This document shows positions 11,931 through 22,612 of a DNA stretch of 64,000 nucleotides, piece after piece; positions within the stretch are counted from its first letter, which is position 1; each line of letters opens with the position of its first letter. Position numbers and translations under genes: made by a program. The stretch spans positions 19,282,001 through 19,346,000 of the forward strand of contig NC_042997.1 of assembly GCF_006345805.1 (NCBI RefSeq), read 5' to 3'. The notes under the pieces are model-generated. The model was not told where the DNA came from, made no database searches, and worked only from the letters and a program-made list of their open reading frames with translations. Source of the DNA: Octopus sinensis (Eukaryota).

Positions 11931-14344
11931 AAAACTATAAAAAGAAAGAATTAAGAGGAACAGGATTCTTGTACAAAAAGAAAAGAGAAAAGTCACTTGC
12001 AAGAATGGAAGAAAAAAATAATTGAAGTTTCATGATGAGTAATAATTGGCAACTTTATCTCTTTCATGCATGAGTACACAATATCTTTTAAGAATTGACT
12101 AAACTTTAAAGTGGACAATTCTTATTTAAATGAGGTTAGAATGAGATATGAAAGAAATGCATTAGAAATGAAACAATATATAGAATTTACCATAAAAGAA
12201 CAGAAAGAATCAAAATCAATGTCGTAATTATTAAGCCCAATGTGTATTCTTATGAATACAGTTATTTAAAAAAATACTTAATTAACTGCATAAAGTAAGA
12301 AAAAAAAAACACACACACACACATAAATTATCAAAATCCACTTGACATGGCAATAAAGTAGTTTCAGACATCTTGACTATATGAGGATAAAGAAAGATAA
12401 TTAAATGGTCAAATACTAGTTGAATGCATAAAATATTAAAAGACTAAGTGGCGGAGATAAAGTTCATTCATGTCAGTAACTCTAAAATCCAACTGAAAGA
12501 TACTGAATAATTTAACAAGAAAAATGTGGTTCCTTAGTATCTAATAAAATGTAGAATTAATGAAATACATTATCATCTGCATCATCATCTCCTCAACACA
12601 ATTACTATTATCATCATTATCAATAATATTTATCAAAAGGAGACAATTTTAGAAAGCAAAACTGTTTTCATATTTTTTTTTTATAAATAGATCTGATTTA
12701 AGAAAGTTAAGCTTTATGGGAAACTGACAAAAGATACAACAGACACAGACAGATGGGAAGAAGATATTTTGTGACATAACAAAGATATAATATAAAAGCA
12801 AAACAAAGGAGATTGTAGGTGATAATAATAATAATAATTATAATAATAATAATAATCATAATAGTAACTGCAGTGGTGGTAATAGTGGCTTGCTGGTGAT
12901 GATGCAAGTGATAATTGTATGCCACAAATCAGAGTTTCCCTCTGCACTAATTTTATTTGGTATTTTGCTTCATCAAAAATGTATCTTAGATATTAAATCC
13001 TTTGTTGATGACAGATTTAAAAATAATGAGCCAATGCTAATAGGAACGACAAAAGATAGAATAGAGATATAACTTAAAAATTATTTAACTAAAATACTTT
13101 AAAAATTTCTTTAGATTAACAGACTAGATATGGAATTTTTAACAAAATATTGTAAAATCAAAAGCAAAAAACCCCAACACACTAAGCTGTCTTCTTTCTG
13201 TCATTTTTATTGCTAGTAAAATACACTGCTCCTTAAAGTTTATGAAATTTTTGTCAGCTCCACTTAACATTCTCTTGATGCATTTCTTGTTCTTATCACA
13301 CATACTCTATCTCAATTTGAAGGCCAGCTGATTGTTTTATAAGTCAATAACTAATCTTTATGTGGTTACTTGATCTACTAAAAACAGCAGCAAAATCCCA
13401 CTCAAATAACTACCATGTGAAATAAGGGAAGGACATATCAATTAATGTAGTCCTATATATGCTTAAAATATTTTGGTAGTTAATGCTGGAATGCCTTTGA
13501 TTATAGGTCTGCTCAATTAGTGCTGACTTTGGGTTAAACAATATCAACTAAATGATTTGATCGAACCCAGTTATCTTAAGTTAAAGCCATCTCTACTGCC
13601 CTTTCTGCTCATACTGCCTTACAAAAATAATCTGGGTGGGTTCAAAATTTAATATTAATCACTCTATTTATTGAAACTTCACAGACATTTGGGGATTGTA
13701 AAAACTACTAGAATCTGTCTATACAATCATTTTAGATTAACAAATAAAGAAAATGAAGTAATCTACAACCGGTTTGAACTAATGGATAGAATAAGATCAG
13801 ATACTTCCAACTTCAGGCAAAGTCAAATAATTTTTTCTACTTTGTTTATCTCAGACTTCACAGTTAGAAAATAGGAACTCTGTCTTATTTTATGATCAAA
13901 GGATTAGTGCAAGGAAGAAACTTCCCCAGTCAAACACCTGTTCCAAGAAGACAAACTAAATCAATACACTATATTTCAGCACAAAGAACAGGTATAAAAA
14001 AAATTGTTTTCCTTTTTGTATTTGTGCAGAAAATTCCAGTTCCTATGAAGAAGTAACCAAGAAAGCAGATTCATGAAAATGAAGAATATAAAACGGAAAG
14101 CAGCAATGGTAAGGAATTGTAATCCTTTACAAATAATATCCATAAGGAAATATACTGAAGTATCTTCTTGAGGAATAAGAAATCATTGCCACTTTCTCCT
14201 TCCTATTATAAAAGCAAATACCTTGAAATTCTCTTTAATATTCCAAATCTATATTTATCAAAGAATGGTTTTCAAAGTGAAATAAGTTTTTTTTTAATCA
14301 ATAGGCAAAATAGTAATAGTAATAATAATAACAACAACAACAAT

Positions 14345-14890
14345 AATCAATGTCCTGATGCAATACCAGATAGTGGTTTGCATGGCTTCTGATCTTAAGT
14401 GATTGGCTGTGTTAACATATACATGTTTTGTCTTGGTGTAAAAGATGGGCTACAGCAAATATTCTGCTCAATACCACAGATTTTTTGTCAGCTGCTTGAC
14501 CATAACTAGTTGAGTGGCTGACAATATATGCATCTCTGATCATGAGCAGCAGTAGAGGAGGAGCATCATAATCATGTGTTGAGAGGTATTCTTCGTTGGT
14601 TTAAAAAATTCCCTTGGAATCATGGGTATTTCATTCATCATCCTTAAGCAACCTTTATTCTGGGCTCTTTTGAGCAGAATGGACTACTTGATCTGAAGAA
14701 AATTCTAAGTTGGCCTTGCCTTCAAGGTTGTGTGCCATTTATCTTGATATGAGGTCATCATGTTGTGTACATACGGCTGTGATGTATGTGCCTAGAACAC
14801 TCTTATTTAGACAGGTAGTAATGATGGATATATTGGGCTTTGTATATTTGTACCCCAGCATCATTTTGATGGTATGTACTGTCCTTTAAA
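14345..14890 (+). mobile_element. Repeat family B copy plus duplicated terminal fragment
   Basis: Reverse-complement homolog of 8560-9107. It begins after (TAA/CAA)n and ends in (TAA)n. Confidence 0.8.
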
Positions 14891-14908
14891 TAATAATAAT
14901 AATAATAA

Positions 14909-15150
14909 TCAGGACTTACGAATGTATATAACATACAGAAAAAAGCACTATTAGGCACTGTGCAAATCCTATGTAAAGCATTTTTATTGAAAATAAGAGC
15001 ACCACAACAAACCACAGCACATACCCAAGACACACAGAGTTGCGATCAGTTGTGCAGTGAAAGCACGTGATAAAAATAAGACTGCTGGACTATGATAATA
15101 ATGATAATAATAATAATAATATAATAATAATAATAATAATAATAATGATG
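14909..15150 (+). mobile_element. R4/Dong-like (RLE-type LINE) 3' end embedded in (TAA)n
   Basis: Encodes NIQKKALLGTVQILCKAFL, like the QKxxLLGTAxILRxxL C-terminus of R4-clade elements. (TAA)n tracts lie on both sides. Confidence 0.6.
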
Positions 15151-15499
15151 ATATATAAACAAAAATTTAGAATGTTTGTGAAATGTTATTTTTGTGAAAA
15201 GTTATTATTGCAATTATACTTTTAATGTTTCAAAATAAATGGTATTGTTACTGTTGACTATATCTTCCTTTTAAGATTTTTTAAATTTCTCCCTTATTTT
15301 TTATGACTGTGAAGGTATGGAAATATTGTGACTCAAAACAGTTGCATTGGATTGAATAGTTTTACTTGGCTAAAACATTCAGATTATGTATTTAATGCAT
15401 AAAGGGAAACATGACTGCTGCTACTGCTTCCTCCATATATTCACTGTTGCTCCTATTTAATGCAACTGGCTGTTTGGCACCTTTTATTTAATGCATGCC

Positions 15500-15900
15500 A
15501 TAATGCACCAGGACCGAGAAGCAACAATAATGATTTTGTAGCATTCGCTGGTGTTTTAAATATTTAATCTATCTGGTGCTTTGTGGTTCCTTGTTGAAGT
15601 CAAGTTAATCCAAATGGTGCAGCTGTAATTTCCTCTTCAAGTGTTGGATCAGAGCTGGATTGCTCCCACTCACAAGCTTGTTGAGCCTGACTTTTCAGCA
15701 TTTCCCTGCAGCAATCATTAAGGGAAGATCTATTACTGGGTACAGAGCTTGCTTAGTTTAGATTCAGCTACAGGCTGAGATTATATCAATCACCAATGCA
15801 ACACTCTTCTGTAGAACCAATCTGATTTTCTTTAGCATTCAATCTTTCAGAAAGGTATTATATCTTCATTGGCGACATCAATTCTGCCATCCAGGTATTT
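15500..15900 (-). mobile_element. Decayed LINE ORF2 fragment (pre-RT region)
   Basis: The minus strand reads DPTLEEEITAA then, frameshifted, KAPDRLNI. This resembles PTLEEVxxAI..K.KAPG.D of LINE RTs. Confidence 0.45.
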
Positions 15901-15924
15901 GATATAAGTATAGTGATGAATAGG

Positions 15925-16240
15925 CGTAAGAGTGGCTGTGTGGTTAGTAGCTTTCTTATGAACCAATTTGGTAGACGGAAACTGAAAGAAGCCCGTCGTA
16001 TATATGTATATATATGTATGTGTGTGTATATGTTTGTGTGTCTGTGTTTGTCCCCCCCACCAACATCATATGACAACCGATGCTGGTGTGTTTACGTCCC
16101 CGTAACTTAGTGGTTCAGCAAAAGTGACCAATAGAATAAGTACTAGGCATACAAAGAATAAGTCCTAGGGACAATTTGCTCAAATAAAGGTGGTGCTCCA
16201 GCATGGCCACAGTCAAATGACTGAAACAAGTAAAAGAGTA
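15925..16240 (+). mobile_element. SINE family C
   Basis: tggtagacggaaactgaaagaagcccgtcg...gctccagcatggccacagtcaaatgactgaaacaag, shared with other copies. Confidence 0.8.
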
Positions 16241-16384
16241 ATAGTGTCAAATGATTTAAGGTGATCTGTCGCTGGTTCATATTTTCTTTTAGGATTAAAC
16301 AGTCACCACCATTGTCAGCAGCAGTAGTGGTGTACTTTTGTATGTGTGTATATGTGAATATACACACATATATATATATGCTTG

Positions 16385-16705
16385 GTGAAGGCACGTAGCT
16401 TAGTGGTTAGGAGCATTTGGCTCATGATCATAAGGTCATGAGTTCAATTCCTGGTGGTGCGTTGTGTCCTTGAGCAAGACACTTTATTTCACGTTGCTCC
16501 AGTCTATCCAGCTGGCAAAAATGAGTAGTACCTGTATTTCAAAGGGCTGGCCTTGTCACACTCTGTCATGCTGAATCTCCCTGAGAGCTACATTAGGGGT
16601 GCACGTGTTTGTGGAGTGCTCAGCCACTTGCACGTTAATTTCACGAGCAAAGCTGTTCCGTTGATCGTATCAGCTGGGACGCTCATTGTCACAACCGACG
16701 AAGTG
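16385..16705 (+). mobile_element. SINE family E (tRNA-derived head, CORE-like domain)
   Basis: A-box tagcttagtgg, B-box gagttcaattcc and gtgtccttgagcaagacact. Homologous to 40327-40645. Confidence 0.85.
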
Positions 16706-16829
16706 CTGCTATATATGCTTGACTATATATATGCATTTTTACATGTACATGTAAGCATGTGTGAATAGATATGCATGTGTGTGCATGAGTATGTACATGA
16801 GTATAACATAAGTTTCACTATATTTGCAT

Positions 16830-19800
16830 AGATGGATGAGTCTTCTCAATTAGTACATATCTACATAAAAATGACTCCAGGTTCAAGCAATCGTTTAAAG
16901 ATTGTTCTGTTGATAAATGATGCTGAGAGTTGAATAGTATTTCAAGACAAATTTATTTAATTGTAGTACAAATGCTGGACCTAATTGCCTGGAATGATTT
17001 CTCTAAAGTGTCTCACAATAATCTTTTGGAGACCAAATTTTTTGAGAGAAAGGCAAGTGTTATTGTTCTTCATCTATTTTTGTTTAAATTTTCCACTTCA
17101 CTGGCTTCGGTGGAATGAGAGGGACTTGTTTTATTAGAATAATATTATTGTTCTCAAAAATATTTGAGACAACTAAAGATACATACTGGGATCTTTGGTC
17201 TGAGTGGATTAAAACTGGAACATCAATCAGGTAAAATGGATTGTAAAAATTAAATTAATTTAGGAGCTGTCATATCTATGCATGTAAATGTGAAAGGAAA
17301 ACCCTAATATTCATTTATAATCATAATCATGTAGCAGTGATAGTTAAATTGTGATAGAGGAGTTTTGAAACTGACACTGGGATATTTAACAGGTTATACA
17401 AATTTGATAAGTTTGTCATGAGAAGGATAGAAGAATTGTGGTTTCAATTCTGAGCAGTCATTACATAATCTTTTAAATATCTTTGAATGAGAAAGGCAAG
17501 ATGTTAAACCTGACATAATAGCATGTTCATGACATTCCAAGCTGATATTAAGGTTTATGTAAGATTGATTCCTGAGATGTTATAGAGAATGATCTTTTAC
17601 AAGTAAGTACATCAGTTGTGTCACTTTGTTCAGGTATGTATCAGATGTCATAATTGTAGTACCATATTTTTTTTTCTCTGAATCATTAAAGAATCACTTT
17701 GTTTTGTTTTTCTTCCCCTTTTAGCTGGAAACTGAATATGAATGCGAACACCTGTTGCTCAGTATGTAATGTAAAGTTGTCTTAAAGTAAAAAAAAAAAA
17801 AAAAAAAAAAAAGTGGCATTTCTTCAAACTCTCTATGATAGATATAGACTCTTTCACAATGAGAGATTTTGGTTAGGATGAAGAAAATTTCTGGAGAAGA
17901 AAGTAACAAGCTTATTAGAGCAAAATGACATTTAAAATTGTAATTCTAAATACATCAGTTTCAACACATAGTGGAAATACTTGTAAGATTAATAACAAAT
18001 AGCTATTAACAACTAAAGTATTAAGCAGAAGAATAGAATGTTTTCTTGAATTAGTTTCAAAGAGGACAATCCATTTAGAGTAGTAATTAAACAAATCTTG
18101 TAGCTGAAGTTGTTTAGCATTACTAGCCACCAGGTGATCAGCAAGAATCTTTAATCTTTCCAAGTCAGCTTGCAAAAATTTATTTCCTTTATTGTATCCA
18201 ATGTAAAAATTGGATGTATTATGGAGTTGAGATTTGTCATTGTCAGATGTAAATGTCAAATGTCTTAGTAACTGAAATAAATTGAGCCAAGTTTCCTTCA
18301 TGATCCTCCATAGTTTTACTAGTGACAACATCATTGATATAGGTATGAACATCTTTGATATCACATGTTACTAATTATATAACATTACTCTTTGAAAAAC
18401 ACTCACAAGAGGAACATGACAGAGTAAACTTGTAAACTGGAATAGACATCTACTAATCTGAAATAGTGTGCATCTTTTATCATCATTGTGGAGTAGATTC
18501 TATAGTATGCTGTAAAATTTATTGTAGTAAATAAAATGCCAGTTCTTCATATTATAAAATGAATAAGCATCTAGTAATTCATATTTGCGAAAGTTAAAAA
18601 CAATGTGTTTGTCAATGTCTCTTATGTGTACCACATGAGTTTACCACAGACTTTCTAAGGGTGCAATGATGTCATCATCAAGAAACCATTTAATCCCACT
18701 CTTAGAAGAAAAAATCATCAAATGAAGAAATACTATGAAATTTAGTAGCAATTGTATTCAGATCATTGTTTAGGGGCCTCATACATAAGAAAGAGCCACC
18801 AACTTCAGAACATGTAAAATAACAATAAAATATTTTCAATGATTCTCTGGATACAGAAGTTTTAGAAAGTCATGTCCCAGAATCTCTCTATATATAAACG
18901 GCAGTTTGTCTGTCTGTGTGTCTGTGTGTCAGTCAGGTTGTACCCTCACCCTGACCACGGCTTTCAACCGATTCTGATGAAACTTGACACTCATAGCCCA
19001 ATGTCATAATTCAAAACTAACGCAGCGAAAATTTTGAAAAGTTACCCCAGTTTTTAAAAAAAATTGATAAATTCGACATGGGGTCGAGAATCTATGCTTT
19101 TTATATGCAACACATTTTCTGTTGTAGTTTTCGCAACTTGCAATCGATTTTCACCAAACTCATGGTGAAGCTTAATGTTACCCTAAGAAACTTAATTCTG
19201 ACGTTAGTTTTCCATGCAATACCTTACCATCAGAAAAAATCGATAAAATCATGCCATTTTGGGAAATCGCGTTTTCGCCCAAAGGGACAGCTAGGAACAT
19301 CGTATACACAGAAGACATTGCAACCTACACATGCACTTTTGTTCCCTAGAGGGAAAGGACTAGATTGGGATTAGTCGTTGCCTACTAGGGGCTCTTACAT
19401 ACCCAGGCAACGCCGGGCTATGCTGCTAGTTGTATATAAATACATGTTAAGCAAAATGTTTAAATGTTTTCATATATAAAAATACGATGTATGATATGCA
19501 GAGAGATGAAGAAAAAGTCAATTTAGATTCAGTTTCTATGTCAATTCAATAAATTTTCAAAGACGTTGGGAATGAAAGATTCTTACAAATATTCTTGTCT
19601 ATGAAACGTTTGACACTACACAAATTGAATAAATCATCAATGCATTTGCTAACCCAATACATGTTAGTAACTTTTTCTACTCCATTTCTTTGATGTGCTC
19701 TTGTAGTTAGGATACAATCTTAACTGTTGTAGTGGCTCTTTTTCACTGACATGCTCATAAAAAAATGTATGACTTTTAATACATTTGTTGCAAATTCTCC

Positions 19801-20700
19801 TCTTTGCTAGACAAATAGTGAGATCATAGTAGAAACTAGCACAAAATAGCAACATTATTGATAAACTGATTTAATTATGATGGCAAAAATATGCTCATTA
19901 TTAAGGGTGTCAATCTCTACATTTAACTGCAGTTTCAGACTGTGCATTCAGAGGAAGAGAAGATTACTCATAAGCTTCTGCATTCCTCTGAGCAACTTCT
20001 AGAGAACAAACTTGTATGAGTGTTTATTCCAAATTCAATCATGAGTCTTAAAGGAATTTTTATGAAATATAGTTGGAAGAAATTTAAGAAATAAATAACT
20101 CTCAAATATTCCCACCTTGATATACATCAGCAGTTACAACATGTAATCTACAACTAGGTGAAGTGTCATTGAATTATAATATAAGAAAATTCTTCACTTG
20201 ATTGTCTTTTTGACTGCTACTGAATTCTGCAAAACATGTACTTTGCTGTCTAATGAAGATGCAATCAAGGGTAACTATTGTTGAGTTGTAGTTTATGCAG
20301 CCTGCAGTAAAAGTAAGGATAGAAGATGAAATGAAAACTAGTAAAGTGATTGAAATTTTTGTTGTTGAGTGTAGGGATACAGTTTGTATCTGATGATCTA
20401 CTATCAAAGCATGTACACAAAAAAGTTTTTCCATTGTTATTCCTATATTTCACAGCACAAAGGTGAATCTCAGAATATTTTCTGGCAGAACTTGTGAAAA
20501 TGATTGTTTCGGAGTTTTAAACAAATAAATTATCATGACAAGATACTTGGTGCCATAAAACAAATCATTTTATTTCTCTAAACTCTCTGATATTAGTATT
20601 CAGAATACAAGTGAAACATGTACACGTTTATTGCAAATGACTGGCTAGCAGCCAGCTTTCGACTAGAGTATACCATAATGAAACTGGACCGATTTTGTAG
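16830..20700 (-). mobile_element. Near-complete decayed Ty3/Gypsy LTR retrotransposon (gag-pro-RT-RNaseH-IN)
   Basis: Ordered minus-strand motifs: gag start MEKL at 20434, LEVAQRNAEAYE and zinc knuckle ICNKCIKSH; protease end ILGHDFLK; RT DDDIIAPLESLW, LLDAYS, TYINDV, DLERL, LFNYYSKWI; RNase H VETD, VTFFSR; integrase CNDCSELKP, INEY*GFPF, IHSDQRSQY, VENLNK. LTRs were not resolved. Confidence 0.9.
18883..19429 (+). mobile_element. Non-autonomous Helitron
   Basis: 5' TC after host A, internal (CTGT)n, subterminal hairpin CCCAGGC-AAC-GCCGGG, and 3' CTAG before host T. There is no TSD. Excision rejoins the Gypsy protease in frame (NMYLYT-ILGHD). Confidence 0.9.
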
Positions 20701-20974
20701 ATCTAATGAATATATTGCTTATTCATATACTCTCTCCCTCTCCCTCATACACAATCACATAAACATACATGCACACACATATATATTAATTTTAGTAAAT
20801 ATATTTCACTAACGAGCATATTGTTATACAAACAAGCAACAGCAGTGTTAATTGCTTACAGCATTGTTCATTTGTAGATGATTCAGTTTAGAGTTAGGTT
20901 TACTAAACACACCTGTGGATAAAACTTTGTAAAAAAAGTCATGCATATATTTCTATACATACACACTTACATGT

Positions 20975-21290
20975 ATGGTTCAGTGGTTTGAGTGATGGGC
21001 AGACAATCATGAGGCAGTGACTTTGATTCCTGGAGTGGGCTGTGTTGCCTTCTTGAGCAAGACACTGTATTTCATGTTGCTCCTGTTCACTCAGCTGTAG
21101 AAATGAGTTGCAACATCATTGGTGCCGAGCTGTATTGGCCTTTGCCTTTCCCTTGGATAAGATTGGTAGTGAGGAGAGGGTAGGCTAGTATGCATGGGTG
21201 ACTGCTAGACTTCCATAAACAAATTTGCCTGGACTTGTGCCTCAGCAGGGAAATTCCTAGGTGCAATCTCATGGTCATTCATAATTGGTA
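20975..21290 (+). mobile_element. SINE family E, diverged
   Basis: ccttcttgagcaagacactgtatttcatgttgctcc CORE-like segment after a tRNA-like head. Confidence 0.65.
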
Positions 21291-21775
21291 CCACCATTGG
21301 CTGGGATACACTGTTATTTTAATCATCCTCTGATATGTGGCTTTGGTGAATGATATATCTATATATATATATGTATGTATGTATATATATGTATATATTA
21401 TATAAATAAACTTAGATAAGGCTGGTTAATGGGATTACCCTGGCTTTCATGTCCATAAAGCACTTAGCTTTACAGCGTATCATCAGATCCCAAAACCTGT
21501 TGGCTTAATGCCTCTCTAGAATATGGAGAAGGAAAGGACCTTGCTACTCAATAACAACAACATGGGACTGTTTCCTTTGACTATCAATCACAAGTGACCC
21601 TGTTATCTTGTGAGTTTCAGTAGGCCAGCAGGAATTTCCTGAAATGCAAGCACAGTCTAAAGATGTCTGTTCTGGAGTTAAGGCTGTTCCTCAGGTTGAG
21701 GGAGTTCTTTAGAATCCTTGCCCATTCTGCTATACATAATTTACACAGCTTGATCCCATTTATGTTGGGACCTGG

Positions 21776-21924
21776 ATTTTCTAGATTCTCCATGATATTG
21801 TGTATGTCCCACGCTAAACAAAATGTTTAAATATTTTCATATATAAAAATAAGAAAATGTAGAATATGCAGAGAAATGAAGAAAATGTCAATTTAAATTT
21901 AGTTTCTATGCCAATTCAGTAAAT
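21776..21924. repeat. Diverged duplicate of the Gypsy protease segment (19446-19554 plus 18835-18878)
   Basis: caaaatgtttaaat(a/g)ttttcatatataaaaat...gcagaga(a/g)atgaagaaaa...agtttctatg(c/t)caattca aligns with 19452-19554. Confidence 0.75.
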
Positions 21925-22333
21925 ACATCTTTCAGCTGCTATACATGGCTGGATAATGATGTAATGCATCTCCTTTCTGGCATGCTAAAGGAGGATCTGT
22001 GGTTGGAGAGGTGTTGTTTGAATATGTTTCCACTACAATTGATGCCTCTCCATGGTCAGGTGTTGGTGGTGCTGTGTCTGTTGGTGTTGCTGCTACCGCT
22101 GTTATTGCTACTGGTGCTCATGGTGTTGATGTCAGTGGATGTAGCGACTGTGTTGGTGCCATCACTACTAGTGTTGGCAACGGTGCTGTTGTTATGGTCA
22201 TCGTCATTGATGGAGGTGCTGTCACTGCTGTTATAGATGTCATTGGCGATAGCTCTGCTGCTATTTCCATTGCTGTTATTGTTGTTGTTGTTATCTATCA
22301 CTGTTATCATGCATTATATGTGTGTATATATAT

Positions 22334-22612
22334 ATCATCATCGTTTAATGTCCGTTTCCCATGCTAGCATGGGTTGGACGATTTGACTGAGGTCTGGCGA
22401 ACCAGATGGCTGCACCAGGCTCCAATCTGATCTGGCAGAGCTTCTACAGCTGGATGCCCTTCCTAACACCAACCACTCTGTGAGTGTAGTGGGTGCTTTT
22501 ACATGCCACCAGCACGAGGGCCATACAGGCAGGACTGGCAACGGCCACACTCAAATGGTGCTTTTTATATGCCACCTGCACAGGAACCAGTCCAGCAGCA
22601 CTGGCGACGACC
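22334..22612 (-). mobile_element. SINE-like family A
   Basis: Same tail and body as the other family A copies. Confidence 0.85.

Noticed and set aside
14030-14108. Plus-strand exon-like segment with strong tttgtgcag acceptor and gtaagg donor
   Set aside because: There are stops in all three frames, and the nearest upstream donor would give only a ~38 nt intron.
17725-17761. Apparent plus-strand exon with polypyrimidine tract and gtatgt donor
   Set aside because: The pyrimidine tract is the antisense of Gypsy Lys-rich codons (KGKKNKTK), so the splice signals are probably coincidental.
17915-18364. 149 aa ORF as a novel host protein
   Set aside because: It is the Gypsy RT-RNase H junction (DLERL, LFNYYSKWI, VETD).
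19939-20013. 75 bp plus-strand exon-like frame TVHSEEEK...
   Set aside because: It lies antisense to the Gypsy gag LEVAQRNAEAY region.
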